Shown: positions 1 to 11,778, counted from the stretch's first letter. The stretch: 64,000 nucleotides of DNA from Chamaesiphon sp. (GCA_965246715.1 CBDFFH010000036.1:110815-174814), one strand, 5' to 3'. Program-made: numbers and translations. The notes: generated by a model from the sequence alone, not told the origin.

Positions 1-1866
1 ATCGGTAACACTCAACAGATTTCCCGCTGCATCATAGCCGTAATTCATCAGCACATTCGGCACTCCAGTCGTACCGAGATTATCGACTGATGTAACGCGA
101 TCGACTAAATCGTAAGTATAGGTATATTTAGAATCTGGGTCATTGGTAGTTAATAAATGACCGACAGCATCGTAACTGTAGTTAAAGGTGCGGATGTCGG
201 TACCCAGATTGTCCAGCCAGTGTTCGGCAGTCTCGCGGTTTAAGACATCATAATCGTAGGTGCGTTTGCGTCCGTTACGATCGATCGAACTTATCAAATC
301 CCCAACGGCATCATAGCCAAAGGTGCGGGTTTTACCGAGTTGGTTGGTATCGGTAATTTGGCGATCTAAAGCGTCGTAAGTATAACTAGTCGTATTCCCT
401 ACCGAATCGGTAATCGAGAGTATATTCCCAACAGCATCGTAAGCGGTGATGGTGGGATTACTCTTGGCATCGACGACTTTGATTTGACGATCGAGTTTGT
501 CAAAGAAGTATTGAGTTGTATGACCCAGTGCATCGGTAACAGAGGTGCGATTGCCGACGTTATCGTAACCGAAGGTAGTTGTATGGGTGAGGGGATCGGT
601 AATGCCTGTCAGACGGTCTAACGAGTCGTAAGTATAGGTGGTGGTCTGGACTAGCTCGTTAGTGCGGGCGATGACATTGCCTACTGCATCGTAACTGATC
701 GTCTGCTCCTGGTTGAGGGCATCTTTAGTGGAGACGATCCGGTTATTGCGATCGTAACCGTAGGTGGTGGTATGACCCAGTTCATCGGTGGTGGAGGTGA
801 CGTTACCTTCGGTATCGTAGACGGTGCTGGTAGTATGATTGAGCGGATCGAGGGTGGAGATTAAGCGATCGACTCGATCGTAGGTGAAATAAGTCGTGCG
901 ATTGAGTGCGTCGGTGGTGGATTTGATGTTACCGACTTTATCGTAGACGATGGTTGCATCTTGGTTGAGTGCATCGATAGTCTTGACTAAGCGATCGAGA
1001 TTATCGTAGACGTATTTAGTCGTGTGGTTGAGTTCGTCAGTTGTGGATTTGATATTACCGACTGCATCATAGGTGATAGTGGCCTTCTGACCGAGTGCGT
1101 CTGTGGTCTTGATTAGACGATCGAGTACGTCGTAATCGAAGCTGGTAGTATGGCTGAGCGGATCGGTAACGCTCAGAATATTCCCGACTTTATCATAGGT
1201 AGTTTTAGTCAGTGAGTTTCGAGCATCCTTAACCTGAATCCGACGATTCAGTGCGTCATAAGTATACTCAGTCCGATTCCCATTAGCATCGATCGTCGCC
1301 GTGACATTGCCTAACTTATCGTACTCATTACTAGTAACATGCCCCAGGGCATCCTTAACTGCAATCTGCCGACCTAAATCATCGTATTTATAAGTGGTAG
1401 TATGCCCTTTGGCATCGATCGTGGCAATTAGTTCGTTGGCGGCATCGTAACTGTATTGAGTCTGATTTCCCATCGCATCGATTTCCCGTATCAATCGATT
1501 GCGAACGTCATATAATTGCTGAGTTTTGTGTCCGAGCGTGTCGGTAGTCGCGGTCAGGTTGTCGTTGCCATCGTAGCCATAGGTGGTGGCTTTGGGGTTG
1601 AGGGGATCGGCATCGGCGGCGATGGTACCGATGAGACGATTGCGCGCATCGTAGCGATACTGAGTCGCATGTGTGAGTGCGTCGGTGACGGTGATGAGGT
1701 TGCCGTTATTGTCGTAGGCATTGGTGGTTAAGCCATTGCCCGCATCGAGGATAGTTTCCAGTCTGCCGCGCTTGTCATAGGTCATTTTCGTCACATGACC
1801 CAGTGCGTCGGTGACGCTGGTTTGATGACCCATCTTGTCGTAGGTATAAGTCGTCTTACTACCCAG
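1..1866 (-). pseudogene. RHS/YD-repeat protein fragment lacking its 5' part; runs off the window start
   Basis: Minus-strand translation gives serial YD repeats (TYTYDKMGHQTSVTDALGH..., YDNNGNL); 1..~620 is near-identical to 6643..~7260. Confidence 0.85.
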
Positions 1867-1938
1867 CTACGCCAGCATCCCTAACAATGATGATGCGGAT
1901 TAAATGTTAAAATATTAGTAAATATGTATCTGTAATTC

Positions 1939-2760
1939 ATGCGTCGCGATTCGATATTTTATCAGTTGTTTCGTCAATATCCAGCTCTGTTATTCGAGCT
2001 ATTATCTCAACCTCCAGATCGAGCGTCTGAATACATTTTTGAAGCGGTTGAGGTCAAGGAAACTGCTTTTAGAATGGATGGGGTATTTCTCCCACCAGAT
2101 CGATCGGGAATAGTTTATCTGTGTGAGGTGCAATTTCAACTGGATGAGTTGCTTTATGAACGAATGCTGAGTGAGATTTCCATTTACACTTATCGCAATC
2201 GCGAACGATTTGCCGATTGGCAAGCGGTGATAATTTATCCGAGTCGAAGTATGGAACAATCGCGGACTGGAATGGTCCGGGAGATGTTGGATAGTGGCCG
2301 GATTAGGCGAGTGTATTTGGATGAGTTGGGGGAGGTGGAGGAGTTACCTACTGGTTTAGGTTTGATGGTGTTGACAACGCTGGAGGGGGAGAAGGCTACT
2401 CAGTCGGCGATCGGGTTAATCGAGCGGGCACAGGGCAATCGAGGTATAATCGATTTAATCTCCACAATTATTGTTTACAAGTTTAGTAATTTAAGTAGGG
2501 ATGAGGTGGATGCGATGTTAGGGATTGAGTTGGAACAGACTAGAGTTTATCAAGAGGCGAAGGCTGAAGGATTAGAGCAGGGTTGGCAACAGGAAAGAGC
2601 TTTAGTCGTTAGACTTTTGACTAAAAAACTAGGAAATCTTACTCCAAAAAATCAAAGTCGGATTAATGAGCTATCAATAGATCGAGTCGAATCTTTAGGT
2701 GAAGCTTTATTAGATTTCACTTCTATTTCCGATTTAGAGGCTTGGTTGAATCATAATTAA
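1939..2760 (+). CDS. Rpn family recombination-promoting nuclease / putative transposase (DUF2887 + DUF4351-like C-terminus)
   Basis: MRRDSIFYQLF start, PD-(D/E)XK-like RMDGVF...EVQFQ, C-terminal LGEALLDFTSISDLEAWL. Confidence 0.85.
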   Translation: MRRDSIFYQLFRQYPALLFELLSQPPDRASEYIFEAVEVKETAFRMDGVFLPPDRSGIVYLCEVQFQLDELLYERMLSEISIYTYRNRERFADWQAVIIYPSRSMEQSRTGMVREMLDSGRIRRVYLDELGEVEELPTGLGLMVLTTLEGEKATQSAIGLIERAQGNRGIIDLISTIIVYKFSNLSRDEVDAMLGIELEQTRVYQEAKAEGLEQGWQQERALVVRLLTKKLGNLTPKNQSRINELSIDRVESLGEALLDFTSISDLEAWLNHN

Positions 2761-3237
2761 CGATCGATAGAGATCGCAATCGCTCTATATTCTATGGCGA
2801 TCGAGCATGGGTGCGATCGAGTTAAAGTTGTTCGGGAGCGATCGAATCGCCAGAAAGCTTGCTCCGTATGAAGTTGAGTCGTGGGCACTGCCCACCCTAC
2901 TGGCTGGCTCCATAAATAAAGCAAAACTGGCATTCAGGCTAAGTCTCTGGTGCTGACTGGGCATCAGCTCTAACAACGTGTACAGTATTAATTGGGCGTA
3001 AGGGAGAATGGTATTCACTGTTCTCATCAATGTGTTTTCACGCCCTTTTTCTCACATTTTCAATCTCTTGAAAAGCAGCTCTAATGTACTAGTGCAAGAT
3101 GTGAGATAATCGATCGACCGTTGCGGTCTAAGGTTTAGGTGAGATTGCCGACGTTATCGTAGCTGTTAGTACGCATTGTACTCAACTGATTGGTATCAAT
3201 GATTAACCGATCGGTATTATTGCAAGTTGTGATTTGC

Positions 3238-3930
3238 TTAATAGATCTTTAAAATTTTTCTATTGACGATATCTTCATACAATTCCCAATATTCTTCCCA
3301 TTCATCAATAAATTGATTTATTCGATTTAATTTATCTCGCTCGCTAATTCCTTCAAGATCGAAGCTAAAATTAGTAGAAAAAAGGGCACCAGCAATTAGA
3401 GAATTATCAGTTTCTTCCACTATAGTAGCATCTTCAATCCTTAGTACAAAATCATCTTTAGGATTATTAAAAAGTAACTCTATACTTCCACGAATTGGCT
3501 CGACACTAGCAGACTGTAAATCGTTAGGGGCTAATACAGTTGTAGGAATATATTGAGAAAAATTAGATTTTTTGTCACGCTCAAACCAGATAAAGCTTCT
3601 AAATCCAATTCTGGCTAATGAATAATTAAATTTATTGAAAGTGTTAACCCATTTTTTCGATAACAAAGATATATTAATATTACTAGGCTTGCAATAGCGA
3701 TAAGCTATAGGTTCTGTAAAAATAATTTCTCCGTCTCTGGCATAGAGTGAAACTTCATTGTTGAATGTTACTTGCCCTTGTTGAGAAGTGATCTCTGGAG
3801 GACTTGAAAATTCCCAGTCCCTAGGAATGATGCGGCTCTCTTTTAAAAATTTGGGAGTTAAAAATGTTGCTATTATTTCGTCTGAATACAAATAGATGTC
3901 TAACTCTTGATATTTTATAATTGGTTTCAT
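3238..3930 (-). CDS. Conserved cyanobacterial hypothetical protein downstream of RHS toxin (possible second immunity/accessory gene)
   Basis: Intact AT-rich 230-aa ORF with TPKFLKESRIIPRDWE motif, co-oriented with the toxin. Confidence 0.6.
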   Translation of the reverse strand: MKPIIKYQELDIYLYSDEIIATFLTPKFLKESRIIPRDWEFSSPPEITSQQGQVTFNNEVSLYARDGEIIFTEPIAYRYCKPSNINISLLSKKWVNTFNKFNYSLARIGFRSFIWFERDKKSNFSQYIPTTVLAPNDLQSASVEPIRGSIELLFNNPKDDFVLRIEDATIVEETDNSLIAGALFSTNFSFDLEGISERDKLNRINQFIDEWEEYWELYEDIVNRKILKIY

Positions 3931-3976
3931 TAGATATATTGTAAATTACTTTGATAGTTTGCTTGAAGCACTCAAG

Positions 3977-4720
3977 TTAACAAATACCTAAAAAGCTTTT
4001 ACCATTATTCTCGGAAGATTTCTTCAACCATTCTATCATTTCTGGAGTAACAACAGGAGAGCTTTGCAATCTACGTAAGTCTTCATTTTCTTTTTTAATT
4101 TCTTTTAGAAGTAAAGGATGGTTGAAGAGTAATATATCTAATTGCTTGTAGAAATCTTCATTATATTTTTCATTGAAAGGATCGTAATCTTTGTCAACAC
4201 AAGAATACACTTCAGCTATTTTTCTAAAAGGTAAGATATCATCGATAGTAAATATATCATAACTTTCTTGTATTTCTTCATCACTTAGGTCGCCATTTAT
4301 AATAGCAGCAATGCTTGTATCAAAATAGTAGGAGAAGGAATCATGAACTTGATCGATTGCTGATGCCACCGCTGCTCCAGATGGATATAAACACATAAGT
4401 AAAGTATCATTAAGACATTTTAAAGCATTTTCAGATACTGGCAGACTAGCTAAATCTTCCTCATATTCTTCAAATGCTAAACTATCAATTAATAACTCTA
4501 TCCTATCAGGCTCGAATCGATTGTTGAGAAGAGATATCCAAACTTCATCCAGTGCATTTCTCAATAATTCAAAGCTATTTCTGCCATAGTAGTAATCATA
4601 CAGCTTGAAATTTGGTATCGTTCTCTCACTTAAAGAAGCACAGAACGACACCTGACGACGCTGAGGTAGTTCTGGGAAGATAACATTACTATCACTGAAT
4701 ATTCCATATTTAATTTCCAT
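3977..4720 (-). CDS. Candidate immunity protein for the RHS C-terminal toxin
   Basis: Acidic, AT-rich 247-aa ORF starting 20 nt after the toxin stop, same strand. Confidence 0.6.
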   Translation of the reverse strand: MEIKYGIFSDSNVIFPELPQRRQVSFCASLSERTIPNFKLYDYYYGRNSFELLRNALDEVWISLLNNRFEPDRIELLIDSLAFEEYEEDLASLPVSENALKCLNDTLLMCLYPSGAAVASAIDQVHDSFSYYFDTSIAAIINGDLSDEEIQESYDIFTIDDILPFRKIAEVYSCVDKDYDPFNEKYNEDFYKQLDILLFNHPLLLKEIKKENEDLRRLQSSPVVTPEMIEWLKKSSENNGKSFLGIC

Positions 4721-4740
4721 ATTAACACGTTAATTTCTCA

Positions 4741-6063
4741 CTAACATTTTTTGTCCCCAGGAACTTTTCTTCTTTTAATCTTAGGAATAAGATCGGTAGA
4801 AGGACGGTTTTTAGGCGTATTTTTATAATCTTTTAATATAGTATTAAGAGTCTTAACTCCTTTAACATCTTTGGCACAAGATGGACAGAAATTTTTGCTC
4901 ACACCTATGGATTTGAGCTTTGTATTGTTGTTAATAGAATACTGTTTTTGTCTTCCTTCTGCATGCCAGCCTCCTGTTCCATCATCTATTTTTTGCTTAC
5001 CATTTCTATCTAAAGTTGGATTACCATTCTCATCTATTAGTTTAGCACCAGTTGCAACATCACTTGGTGTTGAGACTATGTAACCTTTCCCCCGAAGATA
5101 AGCTGTCTGTTCTCCGCTTAATCGTCCATTAGAAACAGTAACTACAATTTTTTGAGTTCCATTGGGAAACTCATGCAATCCTACAGCTACATTTCTTTGC
5201 AATGCACGGTTTTTTTGATATTTCTCTGGAACTTTTCCCCCCGGATTGTTTCGTTGATACTCTTGTGTCTTGCGATCTAGTGTTCGCTGTTCTCTCTCAA
5301 TTTCATCACCTTTTATATTTGCAGCCTCTTGAATGAGTTGCTGGAGAAACTCTTTTGTCAATTCTGAGTTGGGATCTAATGGCTTCCTATTACATGGGTC
5401 TTCTGGATCTGGAATCGGGCATTGAGATGTATTTTTCTTAGTGGTATTGCGATGTTTTTTGAGTTCTCCTAGAGGTGTGTTTAGTGGATTATCATTTTTA
5501 ATCGGAAGTGGTAGTTCTAGTAACCCACTTGGATCGATCGCATTTGTCGGACTATTACCAACATATCGATAAAGATTGGTATCCCCAGCATTAAACCCGA
5601 TCGGATCTTCAGAGATAAACCGACCAGTACTCGCATCATAATACCGCGCCCGATAATAATCTAACCCAGTCTCACTATCAGCCTCCCGTCCGGTATAACC
5701 ATACCGGAACTCAACACTAGCATTACTCTGACTGACAACCTTGCCAAAACTGTCATAAGTCACATGGTTGAGAACAACCCCACCACCATCGACAACATCC
5801 CGCACCGTCCCCAGATTATCCGCCAAAGCCCAAACAACCGAACCACCGCGCTCATCAGCCAAAATCTGGTCTACCCCTGTACCATACAAATACCGATGCG
5901 TCTGGACTCCAGCACCATCGAATACCAGTGCGATATTGGCACCATCGTAAACATACCGCTCGGCAACGACACCATCGATCTTCTTACTAATCCGCCTGTC
6001 ATTCACATCATAGGAATAAGCGATCGTCTTAACGGACATTCCCGCCAGCATCCTTAAACACAA
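4741..6063 (-). CDS. RHS repeat-associated core with C-terminal deaminase-fold toxin domain
   Basis: YTGRE...YYRARYYD...GRFISEDPIG...NLYRYVGNSPTNAIDPSGL core motif; C-terminus has HAE and FCPSC Zn-deaminase motifs. Confidence 0.85.
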   Translation of the reverse strand: MCLRMLAGMSVKTIAYSYDVNDRRISKKIDGVVAERYVYDGANIALVFDGAGVQTHRYLYGTGVDQILADERGGSVVWALADNLGTVRDVVDGGGVVLNHVTYDSFGKVVSQSNASVEFRYGYTGREADSETGLDYYRARYYDASTGRFISEDPIGFNAGDTNLYRYVGNSPTNAIDPSGLLELPLPIKNDNPLNTPLGELKKHRNTTKKNTSQCPIPDPEDPCNRKPLDPNSELTKEFLQQLIQEAANIKGDEIEREQRTLDRKTQEYQRNNPGGKVPEKYQKNRALQRNVAVGLHEFPNGTQKIVVTVSNGRLSGEQTAYLRGKGYIVSTPSDVATGAKLIDENGNPTLDRNGKQKIDDGTGGWHAEGRQKQYSINNNTKLKSIGVSKNFCPSCAKDVKGVKTLNTILKDYKNTPKNRPSTDLIPKIKRRKVPGDKKC

Positions 6064-7280
6064 CTGAAGTCAACCGATTCCGATAATCCCAGTTGTATTC
6101 TGTGACCTTACCAGTCGCGATCTCAGTGCGCTTAGTCCGATTCCCCTCATCATCATCATAGGAATAGTTATACACCCCATCAGTTAACAACCGATTATCC
6201 GTTCCAGTTCCATAACCACTATTCGTCCGATTGCCATTGGCATCGTAACTATAAGCCTCATTCGCCTGAGTGGTATGGTTGGCACCCGTTAACTGATTGG
6301 TATCATCGTAGGTATAATCCTGAATCCCATCCGTTCCAGAACTTTGAGTAATCCGATTGGCATCATCGTAAGTAAACCCATAACTCGCAATGGTATTAAC
6401 ACCGTGCTTGTGCGTGAGATTTTTCAACCGTCCCGCCGGATCGTAACTGTAGCTAGATCAGCCACCGATAATGTGCCAGCCAGATCCCCATAACGACTCA
6501 AACCAGTCAAGCGATTGATGGCATCGTAGCTCAGATCCACCCGTTTGCCAGCCACTCCAGCCCCCGATTGAGTCAGCTTAGTGAGACGGTTTAAGATGTC
6601 GTAGGTATAGCCATTAGTCCCTTTGAGAGTGCCATTAATCGAATCGGTCACACTCAACAGATTTCCCGCTGCATCATAGCCGTAATTCATCAGCACATTC
6701 GGCACTCCAGTCGTACCGAGATTATCGACTGATGTAACGCGATCGACTAAATCGTAAGTATAGGTATATTTAGAATCTGGGTCATTGGTAGTTAATAAAT
6801 GACCGACAGCATCGTAACTGTAGTTAAAGGTGCGGATGTCGGTACCCAGATTGTCCAGCCAGTGTTCGGCAGTCTCGCGGTTTAAGACATCATAATCGTA
6901 GGTGCGTTTGCGTCCGTTGCGATCGATCGTTTGAATCAAATCCCCAACCGCATCATAGCCAAAGGTGCGGGTTTTACCGAGTTGGTTGGTATCGGTAATT
7001 TGGCGATCTAAAGCGTCGTAAGTATAACTAGTCGTATTCCCTACCGAATCGGTAATCGAGAGTATATTCCCAACAGCATCGTAAGCGGTGATGGTGGGAT
7101 TACTCTTGGCATCGACGACTTTGATTTGACGATCGAGCTTATCGTAATAGTAGTTAGTGGTGTGACCCAGTGCATCGGTAACAGAGGTGCGATTGCCGAC
7201 GTTATCGTAACCGAAGGTAGTGGTATGGGTGAGAGGATCGGTAATGCCTGTGAGCCGATCGAGTTTATCGTAGGTATAGG
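6029..7280 (-). pseudogene. Frameshifted upstream RHS/YD-repeat core belonging to the 4741..6063 toxin gene (orphan module)
   Basis: YD-repeat ORFs 6029..6427 and 6424..6939 in different frames; homology ends abruptly at ~7280. Confidence 0.8.
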
Positions 7281-7299
7281 GGTCAAATGAGTATCCATA

Positions 7300-7551
7300 C
7301 AGAAACTTACGTTAAGGCTGAGAACGTTACTGGGTAAAGATTTTAATTAGTAGTTTTTTTGTTCTGTTGAAGCTGGGGGAGTCAAAATTCTAGCCGTACC
7401 TATTAACCTTTAGGCTATTTGGTACTATAAATGAATACGGCATAGCAAAGGTTTCAGACTCCTAAAACTCAGACCCTTCAATTGGTACAGATTTCTTCAT
7501 AGCGATCGGGGGCTTGAAAACAGATCTTCCAATCCTTAACATAAGTTTCTG
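7300..7551. mobile_element. MITE-like element (~250 bp, no ORF)
   Basis: Terminal inverted repeats CAGAAACTTAyGTTAAGG (7300-7317 / 7534-7551, 17/18 match); no TSD; joins two truncated genes. Confidence 0.7.
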
Positions 7552-8224
7552 CACGATTGCTCATTTCAGCCCACAATTGGGAGATATCGCCATCATTCCT
7601 GCCGGAATCGCCCATCGCTGCAATTGGAATACTACCGCTCAGTTCGGCATTTTAGCCATAGAACCCACACTACTTCAACAAATCGGACAAGATTGGATAA
7701 ATCCCGATCGAATCGAACTGATGCCCCAGTTTATGAGTAAATGAGACGATCTAATTCAAAGTATTTTTGCCACTTTGAGTGCGGAATTAGCAACGGGTGG
7801 AATCGGCAGCAACTTACTTGTAGATAGCCTAAAAACGACCTTAGCAATTCATTTGCTTCGCAACTATTGCACGACATCACCACGGCTTTCTAGCTATGCT
7901 GATGGGCTACCTGCTGCCAAGTTGATGTTAGTAAAGGACTATATCAACGCACATCTCGACCTAGATTTGAAGCTGACAGAGTTAAGCGAGATCGTCCAAA
8001 TTAGCCCATATCATTTCTTACGATTGTTTAAGAGAAGTCTGGACATTACGCCGCATCAATATATTTTGCAGCAGCGGATCGAGCAAGCGAAATACCTGTT
8101 GAAATCCAGCAATCTGAATATTTCAGAGATTGCGCTCAGGGTGGGCTTTTGCGATTCTAGTCACCTAACTCGATGTTTCAAAAGCACCCTGGGCAGGACA
8201 CCCAGCCAATGGCGACAACTATGA
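7552..8224 (+). pseudogene. AraC family transcriptional regulator, 5'-truncated with an internal stop
   Basis: C-terminal AraC HTH (SPYHFLRLFK, IALRVGFCDSSHLTRCFK); TGA at 7742; N-terminus replaced by the MITE. Confidence 0.8.
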
Positions 8225-8316
8225 CCGCAAGAATATCCCAAAACTCAGCAACTTTTTTCTAGCATCCTGACTCGCGATTTTTCTAAACTATCGATAGTCG
8301 TTTCGCCTTACCAAAG

Positions 8317-8724
8317 ATGCCACATATTCAAGCGATGAGTGTCCCACTCTGGGGATTAGTGATTTTTATGGGATGGACGATCGCAAGCGTTTGTCTCCTA
8401 CTTACTGTCAGGATTCGACATTTAGCAACTGGTGGCGCGGTGAAAGATTTTGGCACTCAAAATGAGGCAAGTTTACTGTGGCGACTTTACCGAGTTCAAG
8501 CTAACTTGGTGGAAAATCTACCGTTATATCTAGGCGTGGTGTTCCTGCTAACCGTGCGGGGAGTTGCGGGAACGGCGATCGATGCTTTAGTTATTATGTA
8601 TATTATATTTCGACTGATTCACTCGCTCGTTCATATTGCTGGCTTGAATCCAATGTTTAAAATATTCTGTTTAGCTATTCAGTTCGGTTGTCTAATTGCA
8701 CTAACAACTTTGGCAATTGTCTAA
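8317..8724 (+). CDS. MAPEG family membrane protein
   Basis: RVQANLVENLPLY and FRLIHSLV motifs; four hydrophobic segments. Confidence 0.75.
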   Translation: MPHIQAMSVPLWGLVIFMGWTIASVCLLLTVRIRHLATGGAVKDFGTQNEASLLWRLYRVQANLVENLPLYLGVVFLLTVRGVAGTAIDALVIMYIIFRLIHSLVHIAGLNPMFKIFCLAIQFGCLIALTTLAIV

Positions 8725-8787
8725 TTTAGATCGCAATTATTGGCTTGTGCAGCAATACATTTATCAAAAAATTCAGGAGATTTTGCA

Positions 8788-10540
8788 TGAATCGGTTACA
8801 AGGAAAATGTACCCTCATCACTGGTGGCACAACGGGTATAGGGCTTGAGACAGTACCCCTGTTAAGGTGACAGTTAAACTACTAAGTAGTGAGAAGCCGA
8901 AAAGTAGCAACATGCGGACGTTTGGGGTCATACTTCTTCTTGTTAGTCGGCTTTTTCGCTCCTCGTGGAGAAGACAAGAAGCGGTTGAGATTGACATGAC
9001 TAGCACAGTCTCGTAAAAATTCCGCCAATAACGCCACGCTCATCAGTGCAAAAGGTTTCCAATCCCTCAGCAACAATTGCAATCTCCATCCCTCTAAAAG
9101 TTGACTGGACTTCTTCAACCACATAATAATTGGACAAGCCCGACTCAATTTTTCCGGCACCATGAACATCTTTGAGCGCAGCTTTGACCGTAGATAGAAT
9201 GTTGAAAGCCATCAGTGCCATCCAAAACACGAATAATGCCGCTTTGGGATAACCCAAGGTCTGGAGTTCGCAATTAAATATATCCGTAATCACTTGGAAC
9301 ATCTGTTCGATTTGCCACCGCTTGAGGTAGAGATCTGCCACAATCAAGGCTGTCACATCGGTGTCAGGCAAATTAGTTAACACTGTCACTTGAGCATCGC
9401 CATGACGAGTTGGTTGTTTGAGTTGAATCGTAATTCGGCGGACACAAATGCCACTATCAAGCTGCACCTGTTGCTCGAAGATAGTGCCACTATCGTTTTG
9501 ACCTATTTCTACTCTGGGGGTGATTTCTGTCCATTTCAAACCGAGGTGTTCTCGAATCACGAAACTGGCTTCCCGGGTACTAATGCCAGTCAAAAAGTCT
9601 TTGGTACAAAAATTTCGGTCAGCAATCCAGACTTGCCCTGCTGTAACCGTTTCCAGCACGGATGGCAACAATGACCGTTCTTGTGCGTGAGCATCTTCTT
9701 CGGGAAATACATCCACAACCATTTCTCGCTGCGGGTCTAGCACTGCGATTGCTTGTCCTGGTAGTGCCCCTGCTGCTTGCAGTCGTAACACCTTGATTCG
9801 ATGTTCTGTCCCCCCGATGTGATTCCCATCAATGATTCTGACTTCATATCCCGGCAAGATAATCTTGCTTGCTTGAGTAAATTCTGCCACCACTGATGAG
9901 AGTTGTTCGCTGCTGTACCGCACCAATGCCTGTGATAGCTTTGGTTCCAGTCCATTGATTTTTGCGTACAATGATACTTTTGATACCCCCACCACTTTCT
10001 CGAATGCTTTGTAGGCTGCGCCAACTGATGGATAAATTCCGCAGACGACTAAGCTCATGATTCCGACTACACTTGAGAATAGGAGTTCTCTGGTGTACTG
10101 CCGCTCTGCTGTGTCCTCAAACAACTGTTCTAGTTGCTCTGTGGCAAAGATTTTTTCCATGATTGCTCTGACCATCACTGTCAAGGGTGTCTGCTCTACA
10201 AATCTCTCAAAGATGTTACTAATCATCTTCAATTCCCTCTCTGGTTCGGTTTTTGGCTTTCAAGTCGGATTATACTCCGCTTTTATGCCCTTTGAGGCTG
10301 CACTAGTACAACAGCTCACCTTAACAGGGGTAGGCTTGAGACAGCTAAACAATTTCTTGCAGAGGGTGCGCGTGTGGCAGTCACTGGACGTAGCCCAGAC
10401 ACACTAGCTCAAGCACAGCAAGAACTGGGCAAAGAGGTAATCGTCATCAAGTGTGATGCGGGTCAAGTCGGCGCACAAAAGCACTTGGCAGCGGAAATCG
10501 CTAAAGTTTTCGACAAACTTGATATTGATATTTTATTTGT
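8788..10540 (+). pseudogene. SDR oxidoreductase interrupted by IS4 and 3'-truncated
   Basis: MNRLQGKCTLITGGTTGIGLET | AKQFLAEGARVAVTGR is restored when 8854..10344 is removed. Confidence 0.8.
8854..10332 (-). mobile_element. IS4-family insertion sequence (transposase 9000..10232, C-terminal frameshift)
   Basis: IRs TACCCCTGTTAAGGTGA / TCACCTTAACAGGGGTA; 10-12 bp TSD GGCTTGAGACAG; DDE motifs IIDG, IADRNF, YLKRWQIE. Confidence 0.9.
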
Positions 10541-10568
10541 TTGGTAAAAATATCGGTAAGATGGTTGC

Positions 10569-10757
10569 TCAAAATTGTGCCGATCTGGTCATTGGTTCCA
10601 ACAGTTTGACTGGAAGTTGTTGCAAGACTCGTTCAAAAGGCTCGGTGCTGTTGAGTCCTCGCGTTAAAACTAATGCACCTTGCACCTGAATCACCGCATC
10701 TTCAGCCCGTTGTCGTGCTGCCTGTTCGGGAATGCCCAGCTTGCAAAAGCTCATCAA
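10569..10757 (-). pseudogene. C-terminal fragment of a TetR-family regulator
   Basis: AEDAVIQVQGALVLTR resembles a TetR C-terminus; no HTH present. Confidence 0.5.
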
Positions 10758-10854
10758 AGATGGTTATACCGTACTGACCTTTTAACTGAATTTGGCAGTG
10801 AGTTGGTTGTGGTTCGGCACTCACTGTTCTAGTAATATTTGGAGGTAGGTTTCT

Positions 10855-11778
10855 ATGCAGCTTAAAAGTCCTTTCCACGAAGGCGAACTACTGGTACAGC
10901 AACGGGTTGGCGAAACAATCCCCGCCCAGCGAAATGGACAAATTATTGCCGATACGATTCTCAAAGGTGCGATCGAATTCATCGAACAGCAAAAAATGGT
11001 TGTGCTGGGCAGTGTGGATTCACAACAGCATGTTTGGGCATCGTTGTTATTTGGGTCGCCTGGTTTTATTAAATATATCGATGCACGGGCGATCGAGTTT
11101 GACTTAACGCAAGCCACCCTAAATCCTCTCGATCCTTTCTGGACGAACATCCAGACCGAGGATCGGGTCGGAATGCTAGCGATCGAATTTGCCAGTCGCC
11201 GTCGGCTGCGGATTAATGGCACGATCGAGCGAATTACAAGCGATCGGTTACGGCTGAACGTGTTAGAGTCTTATCCTAACTGCCCTAAGTACATTCAGCG
11301 ACGGCAGCTTCTGCTTAACTCAACAAATGTAAAGCAATATACTCAGCCACAATTTGGACAACTTCTGACATCCGAACAGCAGAATTGGATTGGAGCAGCA
11401 GACACTCTGTTTGTTGCTAGTACACATCCGCAGCGCGGGGTTGATGCCTCTCATCGCGGGGGGAATCCAGGCTTTGTCCAGATTCTAGACGATCGATCGC
11501 TTCGGATTCCCGATTACGCTGGAAACAGTATGTTTAACACTCTAGGAAACTTGGTCATCAATCCTCATGCTGGGCTTGTTTTTCTAGACTTTGAGCATAG
11601 TCGAACACTGCAACTAACAGGTCGAGCGACAATCCAATGGCATCTAGATGACTTCGCCGATTCAACGGGAGGAACTTACCGATATTGGGATTTCGAGATC
11701 GAGCAGTGGTTACGGACTGACTTAACTCACTCACTTCGATGGGATTTTTTCGACTATTCTCCCCACAATCCAATGTGA
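10855..11778 (+). CDS. Pyridoxamine 5'-phosphate oxidase-related FMN-binding protein
   Basis: [27 protein letters not shown] and [15 protein letters not shown] motifs. Confidence 0.85.
   Translation: MQLKSPFHEGELLVQQRVGETIPAQRNGQIIADTILKGAIEFIEQQKMVVLGSVDSQQHVWASLLFGSPGFIKYIDARAIEFDLTQATLNPLDPFWTNIQTEDRVGMLAIEFASRRRLRINGTIERITSDRLRLNVLESYPNCPKYIQRRQLLLNSTNVKQYTQPQFGQLLTSEQQNWIGAADTLFVASTHPQRGVDASHRGGNPGFVQILDDRSLRIPDYAGNSMFNTLGNLVINPHAGLVFLDFEHSRTLQLTGRATIQWHLDDFADSTGGTYRYWDFEIEQWLRTDLTHSLRWDFFDYSPHNPM

Noticed and set aside
1516..1731. Plus-strand 71-aa ORF and similar short ORFs antisense to RHS, IS, BON and kinase genes
   Set aside because: Shadow ORFs on the opposite strand of well-supported genes
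1..7280. Diversity-generating retroelement (TR/VR pair) for the duplicated RHS segment
   Set aside because: No reverse transcriptase in the window, and the few differences are not visibly adenine-specific
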